A stretch of 64,000 nt of DNA from Nitrososphaerota archaeon. Its GTDB lineage: Archaea > Thermoproteota > Nitrososphaeria > Nitrososphaerales > Gagatemarchaeaceae. A program made the position numbers and the translations under genes. The notes beneath the pieces are model-generated. The model searched no databases and was not told where the DNA came from. It worked only from the letters and a program-made list of their open reading frames with translations. Positions 53,121 through 62,320 of the stretch are shown in pieces. Numbering within the stretch: position 1 is the first letter of the stretch; each line of letters opens with the position of its first letter. The stretch lies in the NCBI GenBank assembly GCA_027886975.1, contig JAPCJK010000001.1, positions 12,892 to 76,891 of the forward strand. Reading direction: 5' to 3'.

Positions 53121-54002
53121 CTAATTGCAGAAAGTGTCGAGAGATGGAAAATCGTTTCTTTTCGGCTTCCACTCAGTTGAGCCGTCGGTAGATTCCAGCC
53201 CGTATCGCTTCACTAAGTCTGACAGCCTCGCTACAACGTCGTCTCGCCCGACGAGTGCCTCGGCTGTGCTCATCCGCGCGGCTTCTTCGAACATCTTCTT
53301 CGATTCCTCATACCCGGTGAACCTCAGGATGCCGAACGAGACAGACGAAACGCCTGCGTCGCTCAGGTCTTCGAAGAGCTGGTCGAGGTCGACCATCATG
53401 ATCCCGGGGATCACCGGCGCCAGCGAGACCCAGGTCCGTATCCCCGCTTCGGCCAACTTCCTCAGGGTGACTATTCTCCTCTCAAGCGGAGGGACTCCCG
53501 GTTCAAACTGCCTGACCGGGACGGTCGTTATTGACATCCCTACCTTGACCCAGTCGAACTTCCTGAGCAACTCCAGATCCCTGAGGACCAGCGGTGACCT
53601 TGTCAGGATGGAGACCGGAAAGCCGTTCCTAAGGAGTGATTCGAGGCACCGTCGGGTGATACCATACTTCGCCTCGACCGGCTGATAGGGGTCTGACGCG
53701 CTCGAGAGGAACACCTGGTCTTTCCTTATTCCTCTAAGTTCCCTTTCGAGGACTTCGGGGGCATTGACCTTCACATCGACGTATCTCCCCCACTTTCTCT
53801 CGTCGTGGGTCAGTGAAGGGGCGTAGCAGTACGCGCACCCATGGATGCATCCCTTGTACAGGTTGGCCGTGTACCCGGTTGACGATCCGAACTCCAGCCG
53901 GTGGAGGAGGGTGGTGCACCTGGTCTCTCTGATTGAAATCCCGTTTCCATCTGAATCCGGCAGTGTCGACGGAGGTTGGATTGAGATAAGCGTCATGCGC
54001 AT
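53121..54002 (-). CDS. Radical SAM protein, SplB / 'DNA repair photolyase' COG1533-like
   Basis: 'NLYKGCIHGCAYCYA' (CxxxCxxC), 'FLSSASDPYQP' and 'PVSILTRSPLVLRD'. I chose Met 54002. The track ORF runs to 54083. Confidence 0.72.
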   Translation of the reverse strand: MRMTLISIQPPSTLPDSDGNGISIRETRCTTLLHRLEFGSSTGYTANLYKGCIHGCAYCYAPSLTHDERKWGRYVDVKVNAPEVLERELRGIRKDQVFLSSASDPYQPVEAKYGITRRCLESLLRNGFPVSILTRSPLVLRDLELLRKFDWVKVGMSITTVPVRQFEPGVPPLERRIVTLRKLAEAGIRTWVSLAPVIPGIMMVDLDQLFEDLSDAGVSSVSFGILRFTGYEESKKMFEEAARMSTAEALVGRDDVVARLSDLVKRYGLESTDGSTEWKPKRNDFPSLDTFCN

Positions 54003-54359
54003 TTGGTTCAATGCCCGCAGGAATATTAGCAGTAGGTGCGAGGAGCATCGGTCCAGGACAGAGTAGCCTGAAAGTATTCCCAAGCTGCGGCGATTTGCCG
54101 TAGGTTAGTTTGGAACTAGCTTGTTTGAGTAACGGAAACGTAAGAAGTCGTACCACTACCCCAATTCCGCGACATGGTCATGGGCATGGTCGCTGTAGTT
54201 ACAGCACCAGGATATTCTGGGAGAAAACTGATAGGGTTGTCCGTCGCGGTGTTGACGCCATTCGTGGGACCACTGCAGCTCAGCGGCACCGTGGCGCTTC
54301 CTGGAGCCAGCGTGGGCGACCTAACTAGGTTCGAGATCGAAAAACGGCAATAAACCGCT

Positions 54360-55205
54360 TCATGCCTTGCGGACATTGGTGACCAAGGCCACGGCCAGCA
54401 GGAGCAGCGCCCCACCTGCGACTGTGAATATGGTTACACCTTCGTTCAGGAGCAAGACTCCGCCGACCACGCTGACGATTGGGGCCAGATACAGTTGTAC
54501 TGAGAGCCTTGAGACCGCTCCTCTGCTGACTAGTGTGTAGTAAATCAGGTACCCAAGGACAGTACTAAGAATAGAGAGGTAGAGGACGGAAATCCATCCG
54601 TAGAACGAAAGCACACCCACCTGAGATACAAAACTCGTGGAGAGCAGAGGAACGAGCATCACAGTCCCTAGCAACCCTGCCCAGATTGTTATCGGGGGTG
54701 CTCCATACTTGTGAACGAGAGGCTTGGCGAGGACAGTGAACATAGCATAGAACAAGGCGCTGAGGACGACCTCGGCCGGTCCGATGAAAGAAGACAGGTC
54801 GGAGAGGCTCACCTGGCCGACCGAGAGGACGAGAGTCCCGACAACGGCGAGGAAGAGTGCAAACACGACCTTGGCTCCGGCACGTTCGTGCAGGAGCAGT
54901 GCGGAGAGGATCACTACGAAGACCGGTGCGAAGGATATGAGGAGACCCGCTAGGCCGGCCGAAACGGTCGTTTCCGCGTAGTACAGCGCGAGATGGTAAC
55001 CGACAACGTTCGCGAAAGCGATCACAAGCAGTCGCGGAAGGTCCCCCCTCTCGAGCCTGGTCTTCGGTTTACCTATGACAGGGATTAGAACGAGAAAACA
55101 CGCGCCCGCAACGAACCATCGCAGCAGAGCGAGGTTCACCGGCGACAGCTCAAAGGTGGCTTGTTTGATCGCCACGAATGCGAGGCCCCAGATGACGCTT
55201 AGCAC
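54360..55205 (-). CDS. EamA/DMT family transporter (N-terminus probably longer)
   Basis: 281 aa from GTG 55205, with two EamA halves. The in-frame upstream codons, 'RVRRVAGAYAALTV', would complete TM1 but contain no canonical start. Confidence 0.8.
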   Translation of the reverse strand: MLSVIWGLAFVAIKQATFELSPVNLALLRWFVAGACFLVLIPVIGKPKTRLERGDLPRLLVIAFANVVGYHLALYYAETTVSAGLAGLLISFAPVFVVILSALLLHERAGAKVVFALFLAVVGTLVLSVGQVSLSDLSSFIGPAEVVLSALFYAMFTVLAKPLVHKYGAPPITIWAGLLGTVMLVPLLSTSFVSQVGVLSFYGWISVLYLSILSTVLGYLIYYTLVSRGAVSRLSVQLYLAPIVSVVGGVLLLNEGVTIFTVAGGALLLLAVALVTNVRKA

Positions 55206-55439
55206 TGTTAGGGCTGCGTAGGCTCCTGCAACCCTGCGGACCCTCGCAGTTGATGCCTCAGCGGTATGATTGGAACTGGGTGATGCTATGATTATTCGCC
55301 GTGGTTCAATTTACTTCGCCGTAAAAAGAGGATATTGAACTTGTCTTGGCAGGAATCTAGGAGGACGAAGGCATGAGGTCGAAGCTCCGCACTCCTAGGA
55401 GCGTAACGGATTTTTACGTCATCCTTCGTATGGTAGACC

Positions 55440-56144
55440 GTGAAGGCGTGGAAAAGCGTCGACGAATACATAGCGGCCGCTCCCAAGGATGTACAGCCCA
55501 AGCTTAGAGAAGTCCGGGCTGCGATCAGGGATGTTGCGCCGGATGCCGGTGAGAGCATCAGTTACGGGATGCCCTTCTACAACTACAAAGGAGAATCGGG
55601 ATACAAGGGCCGGTTCTGCTACTTTGGTCTTCAGAAAGCCCACATCGGGCTCTATATTCCTCCTCCGATCATCGAGGAACATATAGGTGAGTTGGCAGAG
55701 TATGAGACTACCAAATCAGCCCTGCACCTTCCCCTAAACCGACCAATTCCAATCTCGCTGATCAAGAAACTGGTCAAGGATCGGCTGAAGAGGCACGAAG
55801 CTGGAGAACTGGGCTCGCATGCAAGAGGCAGGAAACTTGGTAATCCAAAAACAAGTGAGAAAGTCCTGACCCTCAACCCTGTGAAGGGGAAGGAGGGCGT
55901 GAAAATGGACCGTAACAAGTATGAGCTTGTCAAGTCGGCAATCATGGACTGTTTCAGGGCGAAGCCTGAACTCACGAAGGCGAAATTAATAGAAGGAGTT
56001 GATCGACGACTCAAAGGGAAACTTGACGGCTCGGTGGAGTGGTCTGTGATGGCCGTCAAACTCGACCTTGAGGCAAGAGAGATTATCTCACGGGTCACAG
56101 GGACTTCGCCGGTAGTACATCATCTCATGAGGACAAGGAATTAG
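55440..56144 (+). CDS. DUF1801 (YdhG-like) domain protein with C-terminal extension
   Basis: 234 aa. 'SVDEYIAAAPKDVQPKLREVRAAIRDVAPDAGESISYGMPFY' is a typical DUF1801 N-terminus. Confidence 0.7.
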   Translation: MKAWKSVDEYIAAAPKDVQPKLREVRAAIRDVAPDAGESISYGMPFYNYKGESGYKGRFCYFGLQKAHIGLYIPPPIIEEHIGELAEYETTKSALHLPLNRPIPISLIKKLVKDRLKRHEAGELGSHARGRKLGNPKTSEKVLTLNPVKGKEGVKMDRNKYELVKSAIMDCFRAKPELTKAKLIEGVDRRLKGKLDGSVEWSVMAVKLDLEAREIISRVTGTSPVVHHLMRTRN

Positions 56145-56146
56145 CG

Positions 56147-56740
56147 ATGGTAAAATTCTCGGTCCAGGAACTCGGGCCACAGACTTGGCCTGACTTCGTA
56201 CGAATCATGGAGAAGCACAATGGTGTTTGGGGCGGCTGCTGGTGTGTCTCTTACCACCTCAAGCGCGCTGAGGAGAGCAAGTGGACCGGGCGACATAGGG
56301 AGTTAAAGCAGATACTCGTTCAAGCGGATCAGTCCCACGCGGCGCTCGTCTACAGCGGGACGGATGTCGTCGGGTGGTGTCAGTTCGGACAGCCAATTGA
56401 GCTCCCAGCCAGAATGACAGGCTACGGCAAGTTGGGCTTGGTTCTGCCCGACTGGAGGGTTCCGTGCTTCTTCGTCGACCGTGACCGGAGGAAAGAGGGA
56501 GTCGCGGACGCGGCCTTGAAAGGCGCACTTCGGATCATCGCCGCCAAGGGGGGCGGGACGGTCGACGGATACCCAATCGCCACTAAAGGGAAACCATACT
56601 CGAGCTCGTTCCTGTGGGGTGGGACTGATTCGATGTTCACCGAGGCCGGGTTCCGTCCAGTCGGCCGTCTAGGCACGAGCAAATTGGTGATGCGAAAAGC
56701 GGTTCGTGGTTTACAAAAAACGAAACATAGCCGTGCATAG
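56147..56740 (+). CDS. GNAT family N-acetyltransferase ('GVWGGCWC' subgroup)
   Basis: 197 aa. 'WPDFVRIMEKHNGVWGGCWCVSYH' and 'RRKEGVADAALKGAL'. It begins 2 nt after the previous stop. Confidence 0.62.
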   Translation: MVKFSVQELGPQTWPDFVRIMEKHNGVWGGCWCVSYHLKRAEESKWTGRHRELKQILVQADQSHAALVYSGTDVVGWCQFGQPIELPARMTGYGKLGLVLPDWRVPCFFVDRDRRKEGVADAALKGALRIIAAKGGGTVDGYPIATKGKPYSSSFLWGGTDSMFTEAGFRPVGRLGTSKLVMRKAVRGLQKTKHSRA

Positions 56741-56824
56741 GGTTCGTGCGCCTCCGTTTTCCCGTAATGTTGTTGACTGCATTTCAAGCTGAAACTTATC
56801 TATCTCGTCGACCTCGACGTCCCA

Positions 56825-57592
56825 ATGCAAGCGAAGGCGTATCTCCCGATTAGGGGATCGCAGATTTACTATCAGACATCGGGGGACGGCGAACCGCTGG
56901 TACTGCTGCACGGCGGCTTTGGGACAGTTGAAGACTTCGCATCACAGACTCCTGAGCTGGCCAAACACTTCAGGGTGGTTGCTTTCGAACGGCCAGGGCA
57001 CGGACGCACGGCCGATAATGGCGAGCCCTTCAGCTTCACAACGATGTCCGAGTACACGGTCGACTTCATGGAATCGTTGGGTCTGAAGGCAGCAAACCTC
57101 GTGGGGTGGAGCGATGGAGCGGCCGTCGCCTTGTTGGTCGCAATTGCTCGACCAGACCTCGTCAAGCGTATCGTATCCGTTGGGGGATTCTTCAACACAA
57201 GTAATATGAGCGCCGGCGATAAGGACTGGTTCAAGTCCGCCACGCCAGAGTCGTTCAGAAAGGCAGCGCCGGAGGTTGCAAAGCACTACGACGAAGTCTC
57301 ACCTGACGGCCCAGCCCACTTCCCAATTGTGTTCGAAAAGATGGTAAGGATGTGGCTCAACGAACCTGATATTCAAAAGGAAGAGCTGGCAAAGATCGCT
57401 GCCCCTACGTTGGTGATGGCAGGTGATAGAGAGGCGATTCCCCTTGAACACACTCTAGAATTGTTCAGGTCGATCAAGGACTCCCAGTTGTGCATCGTTC
57501 CCGGATCTACGCATTTCCTACTTGCTGAAAAGCCGGTTGCGGCAAACAGAGCTATCTTGGAATTCCTGCTTACAGAAGAGAAACCAAAGTAG
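56825..57592 (+). CDS. Alpha/beta hydrolase
   Basis: 255 aa. 'LVLLHGGFG', the nucleophile elbow 'VGWSDGA', and a C-terminal 'GSTHF' His motif. Confidence 0.82.
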   Translation: MQAKAYLPIRGSQIYYQTSGDGEPLVLLHGGFGTVEDFASQTPELAKHFRVVAFERPGHGRTADNGEPFSFTTMSEYTVDFMESLGLKAANLVGWSDGAAVALLVAIARPDLVKRIVSVGGFFNTSNMSAGDKDWFKSATPESFRKAAPEVAKHYDEVSPDGPAHFPIVFEKMVRMWLNEPDIQKEELAKIAAPTLVMAGDREAIPLEHTLELFRSIKDSQLCIVPGSTHFLLAEKPVAANRAILEFLLTEEKPK

Positions 57593-57616
57593 GCCGTGCG
57601 TGATGAAGGCGTTGGC

Positions 57617-58087
57617 CTAAAGGTGGACACCATAGGCGAGCAGGATCAAACTTGCCCAGAACAAGGCGAACATTGAAGGTAACACTACCGTGAAGAACCA
57701 GAACCCGGCGCGGTGCGCTACGCCTTCGGCTAGGTTGTGGTATTGCATCAACTTCCCGTCCTGGTCATGTTCCTCGAAGAAATCCACCACCTTCCCCCGG
57801 AGCATGGTGATGATAATCCACACGACGAGAAGAGAAATTCCAAATGCGGCAAATAATAGTACGAGGCCGCGATTGTCTAACCTGGTCGCAGCAAGAGAGA
57901 CTGAGAAGGTCTCGCTCACCAGGAACATCGAGCGGTAGTTCTGGAGGACGGACTCGTGATGCGTGAACTCGTCGACTGCATCCTTGTGTTCGACGAAAAG
58001 CTCATTTGAGATAGGAGTGCCGCATGCTGGACAAAACTTGGAGTCCGGCTCCAAAGGTGCGCCGCATTTTCGACAGAGAGCAGTCAT
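57617..58087 (-). CDS. Zinc-ribbon membrane protein, unknown function
   Basis: 156 aa. N-terminal 'CRKCGAPLEPDSKFCPACG' followed by 3 hydrophobic segments. Confidence 0.5.
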   Translation of the reverse strand: MTALCRKCGAPLEPDSKFCPACGTPISNELFVEHKDAVDEFTHHESVLQNYRSMFLVSETFSVSLAATRLDNRGLVLLFAAFGISLLVVWIIITMLRGKVVDFFEEHDQDGKLMQYHNLAEGVAHRAGFWFFTVVLPSMFALFWASLILLAYGVHL

Positions 58088-58105
58088 ATTGAACCCCCGC
58101 CGCGC

Positions 58106-58738
58106 ATGATTTTTGACACCTTAAGTAGGATGGCCATCGCCCGCAGTCTGGTTTCCTTGCCGGTCGAGTTCATTTTCGTGGTGAGGCACGGCGAAACCAA
58201 GGCCAATGAAAAAGGGATCGAGGCGGGTCCTCTCGAATACCCACTCACCAAGAAAGGTATCAAGGAGGTCAAATTCATAGCCAGTACCCTTTCTCGTGCG
58301 AGGATCAAAAGTGTGTACAGCAGCCCTGTCTACCGCGCCGTCCAGACTGCTAAGATTTTGGCGCTCCCTCATAAGCTGAAAGTAAAGACTTTGGAAGAGT
58401 TGACCGAGGCGAGAATAAAACCTGAATTCGTCGGCAAGAAGGGGAGGCACCATATCCTGACTAACCCGGAAGACTATTTGGAAACGAACCGACAATTGCT
58501 GGAAAGGAGTTACAAGGCGATCGGGATCATCAAGAGTCAGTCGCGTGGGAGCGCCATCTTGGTGTCACACGGCGACGTCATAACGGGGCTCTTGGAGGAC
58601 ATTGTAGAGAGGAAATTGAGTACGGAAAAATACTATGTTCTCCACCCAGACCCCGCGTCCTTGAGCATCATCAGAATGGGGGACAAACCATCGCTGGTCC
58701 TCTACAACTACCACAGAAAGATGTTTGCAGACTACTGA
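58106..58738 (+). CDS. Histidine phosphatase (phosphoglycerate mutase-like) family protein
   Basis: 'FVVRHGETKAN' and 'LVSHGDV'. The start is likely downstream of 58106, because only 18 nt separate it from the divergent gene. Confidence 0.75.
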   Translation: MIFDTLSRMAIARSLVSLPVEFIFVVRHGETKANEKGIEAGPLEYPLTKKGIKEVKFIASTLSRARIKSVYSSPVYRAVQTAKILALPHKLKVKTLEELTEARIKPEFVGKKGRHHILTNPEDYLETNRQLLERSYKAIGIIKSQSRGSAILVSHGDVITGLLEDIVERKLSTEKYYVLHPDPASLSIIRMGDKPSLVLYNYHRKMFADY

Positions 58739-59257
58739 TTACTTCGCCTTCTGCCATTCCTCTCGCAACAGACTGTACATGTATTCGTTCCTGTACTCCC
58801 CCTTGTTGAAGAACCGTTTCCTCAGTTCAGCCTCTCGCTTGAACCCATTCTTCTCTAACACCCTTTGGGAAGGAATGTTCTCCACGTCGGTCACCGATTC
58901 GATTCTTTCGATTTCCTTTTTTGTTGCAAAGAGATAATCTACAAGCAACCTTGCCGCTTCAGTTGTGTAACCTTTTCTCCTCTCGTCCGGCTTCATTCGG
59001 TATCCAATCTCGAAGAGATTGAGATAGTCTCGGCGAACCGGATAATACGAAATGAAACCGATCTTCCTGTTTTCCGAGCGACTGAAGATCATGAACCAAC
59101 CTTCTTTGCCCACAAGGTCACGGACATCAATTCTGCTAATTGGCTCGAAGCCTGCGTATTCTCCTGAGAATTCCGGGTCGTTCCACCATTTGAAGAAGTC
59201 GTCGACATCCGAGTCGTCAAGGGGCCTGAGTCCGACTTTGCTCCCGAGTAGTTCCAA
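58739..59257 (-). CDS. GNAT N-acetyltransferase (RimJ/RimL-like)
   Basis: 172 aa. 'LRPL...D.DDFFKW..D', 'IGY....ERRKGYTTEAARLLVDY' and 'NIPSQRVLEKNGF'. Confidence 0.8.
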   Translation of the reverse strand: MELLGSKVGLRPLDDSDVDDFFKWWNDPEFSGEYAGFEPISRIDVRDLVGKEGWFMIFSRSENRKIGFISYYPVRRDYLNLFEIGYRMKPDERRKGYTTEAARLLVDYLFATKKEIERIESVTDVENIPSQRVLEKNGFKREAELRKRFFNKGEYRNEYMYSLLREEWQKAK

Positions 59258-59267
59258 ATTCTACCAA

Positions 59268-59687
59268 TTACACCTGGGTTGGACGGGGATTACTTCTTGA
59301 GGAAGTGGGAAATCTCCCAGAGGTTCCCTCTGGGTCCTCGAAGTATGCGATTCTCTGTCCCCAGGGGAAGGTCGTCGGCGGCTTGACGAAGTGGACGCCT
59401 TTCGCTTCAAGTTCCTTGTACTCCTTGTCCACATCCTCGACGAAGACGGCGAAGAATGTTCGATGAATTGCATTCTCCTTGGGACGGACCTGTGCCTCTG
59501 AAATTAACTTGGCGGCGTTTTCCATGGTCGACAGGCCCAGGCCTGGCCCGCTCATGTTATGGAAGACGAGATACGCGAAATCGGCGTCCTTGTTCTTCAG
59601 TTCCAGTCCCAGCTTATCGCGATAGAACGAAATGCACTTCTCGAGGTCTCGCACCGGAAGGACGTACGCATTGAGATGGTCAATCAT
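59268..59687 (-). CDS. VOC (glyoxalase) family protein
   Basis: 139 aa. 'LNAYVLPVRDLEKCISFYRDKLGL' and 'AYFEDPEG'. Confidence 0.75.
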   Translation of the reverse strand: MIDHLNAYVLPVRDLEKCISFYRDKLGLELKNKDADFAYLVFHNMSGPGLGLSTMENAAKLISEAQVRPKENAIHRTFFAVFVEDVDKEYKELEAKGVHFVKPPTTFPWGQRIAYFEDPEGTSGRFPTSSRSNPRPTQV

Positions 59688-59753
59688 GGTTCATCGGCAT
59701 AGTGGGCAAACCACTTGTTTATGACGGGCACATAGATAGCGTTTCCGACATAT

Positions 59754-61127
59754 TTGCCGATTCGGGCCGCTAACAATGTCGTTGACCTGATTGGCAATAC
59801 ACCGCTCCTCCGTCTGAACAAGGTGACAAAAGGAATTGAGGCGAACGTTTACGCGAAACTGGAGTTCTTCAACCCTGGAGGCAGCGTGAAGGATAGGATA
59901 GGCATCGCAATGATTCTGGCCGCTGAGAAGGAAGGCCTGCTCAAACCGGGCGCCACCATCGTGGAGCCTACTTCGGGGAACACGGGAATGGGTTTGGTCC
60001 TCGCTGGCATACAGCGAGGGTACAAGGTAATCTGCACGGTCCCCGACAAGGTGAGCCAAGACAAGATCGACATGCTCAATGCAGTGGGAGCCTCTGTGCG
60101 GATCACCCCTGCGAGTCTCCCCACATCGCATCCCGACAGCTACCTGAAGCTCGCTGAAAAGATAGCGAAGGAAACCCCGAACTCGTTCATGCCCAACCAG
60201 TACTTCAACCGGGCAAATCCTGAGGCCCACTACGCAACAACAGGCCCAGAAATCTGGGAGCAGACCGGGGGAGCCGTCGACGTGCTGGTGGCTGGAGTAG
60301 GGACCGGGGGTACCATAAGCGGAGCCGGGAGATATCTCAAAGAGAAGAAGCCTAGCGTCAAGATTGTAGGCGTCGATCCCGAAGGGTCAATCCTCGCTTC
60401 GCGTTTCAAAGGGAAGAGAGGGACCGCTAGGCCCTACAGAGTCGAAGGAATAGGGGAGGACTTCGTCCCGTCGACCCTCGACATGGGAGTCATTGACGAG
60501 ATGGTGACGGTCTCCGACAAAGACTCGTTCCTGACCGCAAGGCGCCTCGCAAGGGAAGAAGGCATCATCGCCGGGGGCTCCTCCGGAACTGCGCTCTTCG
60601 CTGCTCTGAAGGTGGCCCGACAACTACCAGGAGACAAGACCGTTGTCGTAATCCTTCCCGACTCAGGTCGGAGCTACACCGACAAGATGTTCAGCGACGA
60701 TTGGATGGCCGAGTTTGGATACTTGCGCTCAAAGGGGCGACGAGTTTCTGTCGACGCGGTCCTTCGTTTGAAGCCAAAGAGTGTCAGAGCAGTAATCGGT
60801 GTCGGGCCTCGCGACCGCCTCTCAAAGGCAATCGCCATAATGACTCGGCATGACATCTCGCAGCTCCCGGTAATCAAGGGAGGGTTCCAGGTGGGGAGCG
60901 TTGGCGTCGCCTCGATGATCAAGAAGGTAGCAGAGAAGAAGGCAGGGTTGGACCACCCCGTTGAGGAAATCATGGAACCGCCTCTCCCGACCGTTGAGAA
61001 GGGAGGCGTCCTCCTGAACCCGGCCAGCCTGATGAAGAAGAGAAACGCTGTCGTGGTCGTCGATAGACAGAAAGTTGTGGGAGTCATTACGACCATAGAC
61101 GTGATAAACTACCTTGCGCGCAGATAG
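59754..61127 (+). CDS. Cystathionine beta-synthase (PLP fold-II domain + CBS-domain pair)
   Basis: 457 aa. 'IGNTPLLRLN', 'NPGGSVKDR', 'GSSGTA', then two CBS motifs at the C-terminus. TTG start. Confidence 0.88.
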   Translation: MPIRAANNVVDLIGNTPLLRLNKVTKGIEANVYAKLEFFNPGGSVKDRIGIAMILAAEKEGLLKPGATIVEPTSGNTGMGLVLAGIQRGYKVICTVPDKVSQDKIDMLNAVGASVRITPASLPTSHPDSYLKLAEKIAKETPNSFMPNQYFNRANPEAHYATTGPEIWEQTGGAVDVLVAGVGTGGTISGAGRYLKEKKPSVKIVGVDPEGSILASRFKGKRGTARPYRVEGIGEDFVPSTLDMGVIDEMVTVSDKDSFLTARRLAREEGIIAGGSSGTALFAALKVARQLPGDKTVVVILPDSGRSYTDKMFSDDWMAEFGYLRSKGRRVSVDAVLRLKPKSVRAVIGVGPRDRLSKAIAIMTRHDISQLPVIKGGFQVGSVGVASMIKKVAEKKAGLDHPVEEIMEPPLPTVEKGGVLLNPASLMKKRNAVVVVDRQKVVGVITTIDVINYLARR

Positions 61128-61128
61128 G

Positions 61129-62277
61129 ATGATGAAGTTCGGGACTCGGGCGGTCCATGCGGGCGAAGAGCCCGACCTCTCGAAGTCAGGCGACGTAGTC
61201 TCCCCCATTCACCTGTCGTCGACCTTCGCGCGAAGGATTGTTGAAAAGCCGACGGGAGGCCTCGAATACTCCAGAACCGGGAACCCGACCCGGCTTGCTC
61301 TTGAGCGAAGGCTGGCCTCCCTCGAGGGCGCGAAGCACGCGCTTGCCTTCTCCTCGGGTATGGCAGCTGAGGCCACTCTCCTGCTTTCAGTTCTCAAGAA
61401 AGGGGACCGCGTCGTGGCGGGGGACGACCTCTATGGCGGAACGGTGCGCATATTCGAGACTACACTCCGGAAGTTCGGGGTCTCTTTCACCTATGTCGAC
61501 ACGAGAAACCTGGAAGCGGTCAAACACGCGCTCGAACGCAGGCCCGCGATTGCCTGGCTCGAAAGCCCCACCAACCCGCTGATGCACCTATGCGACATCC
61601 GGTCCATAGCCAAGGCCGCGTCCCGAGTTGGGGCGATCACTGTGGTGGACAACACGTTCGCCAGCCCCTTCCTGCAGAACCCACTGAGCCTCGGAGCGGA
61701 CGTCGTGGTCCACAGCACCACGAAATACATTGGAGGCCACAGCGACGTAGTGGGAGGCGCGCTCATGATGTCCGACGATGAGCTTTTCCAGTCTGTGAAA
61801 TTCAACCAGAACGCGATTGGAGCAGTTCCCTCACCCTTCGACTGCTTCCTAGTTCTCAGAGGCTCGAAGACGCTCCACCTCAGGATGCAGAGGCACAGCG
61901 AGAACGCGCAGAAGGTCGCGGAATTCCTCTCCCACCATCGAAAGTTTTCTGCCGTCCATTATCCGGGGCTGAAGGACCATCCGCAATTCGGCCTGGCCAA
62001 AAGACAGATGAAAATGCCAGGGGGAATGCTATCTGCCGAAATGAAAGGGGGGATGCCCGAGGTCAGAAGGTTCCTGAAGGAGCTCAATGTATTCGCCTTG
62101 GCAGAAAGCCTAGGGGGGGTCGAATCTCTGGTGGACCACCCTGCGACGATGACCCACGCTAGTCTTTCCTCCGAAAGGCGCAAAAGACTAGGCATAGGAG
62201 ACGGCCTGGTGAGATTCTCCGTCGGGATTGAGGATGCAGAAGACCTGATAGCCGACCTGAAGGGGGCCCTAGGTTGA
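61129..62277 (+). CDS. Cystathionine gamma-lyase / gamma-synthase family PLP enzyme
   Basis: The start ATG lies 1 nt after the CBS stop. 'FGTRAVHAG', 'YSRTGNPT', and 'HSTTKYIGGHSDV' (PLP lysine). Confidence 0.9.
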   Translation: MMKFGTRAVHAGEEPDLSKSGDVVSPIHLSSTFARRIVEKPTGGLEYSRTGNPTRLALERRLASLEGAKHALAFSSGMAAEATLLLSVLKKGDRVVAGDDLYGGTVRIFETTLRKFGVSFTYVDTRNLEAVKHALERRPAIAWLESPTNPLMHLCDIRSIAKAASRVGAITVVDNTFASPFLQNPLSLGADVVVHSTTKYIGGHSDVVGGALMMSDDELFQSVKFNQNAIGAVPSPFDCFLVLRGSKTLHLRMQRHSENAQKVAEFLSHHRKFSAVHYPGLKDHPQFGLAKRQMKMPGGMLSAEMKGGMPEVRRFLKELNVFALAESLGGVESLVDHPATMTHASLSSERRKRLGIGDGLVRFSVGIEDAEDLIADLKGALG

Positions 62278-62320
62278 CACGGATCTTCAAATTAATTAGC
62301 TCCGTTCGAGACGGCCGACC

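Noticed and set aside
54003-54359. A 357-nt gap holding a 99-aa minus ORF (54116..54415) and a 72-aa plus ORF (54110..54328).
   Set aside because: Neither has a recognisable motif or signal sequence. The minus ORF's start would overlap the EamA 3' end, and the plus ORF is Arg/Gly-rich. I leave the region unannotated, but a small gene or ncRNA cannot be excluded.
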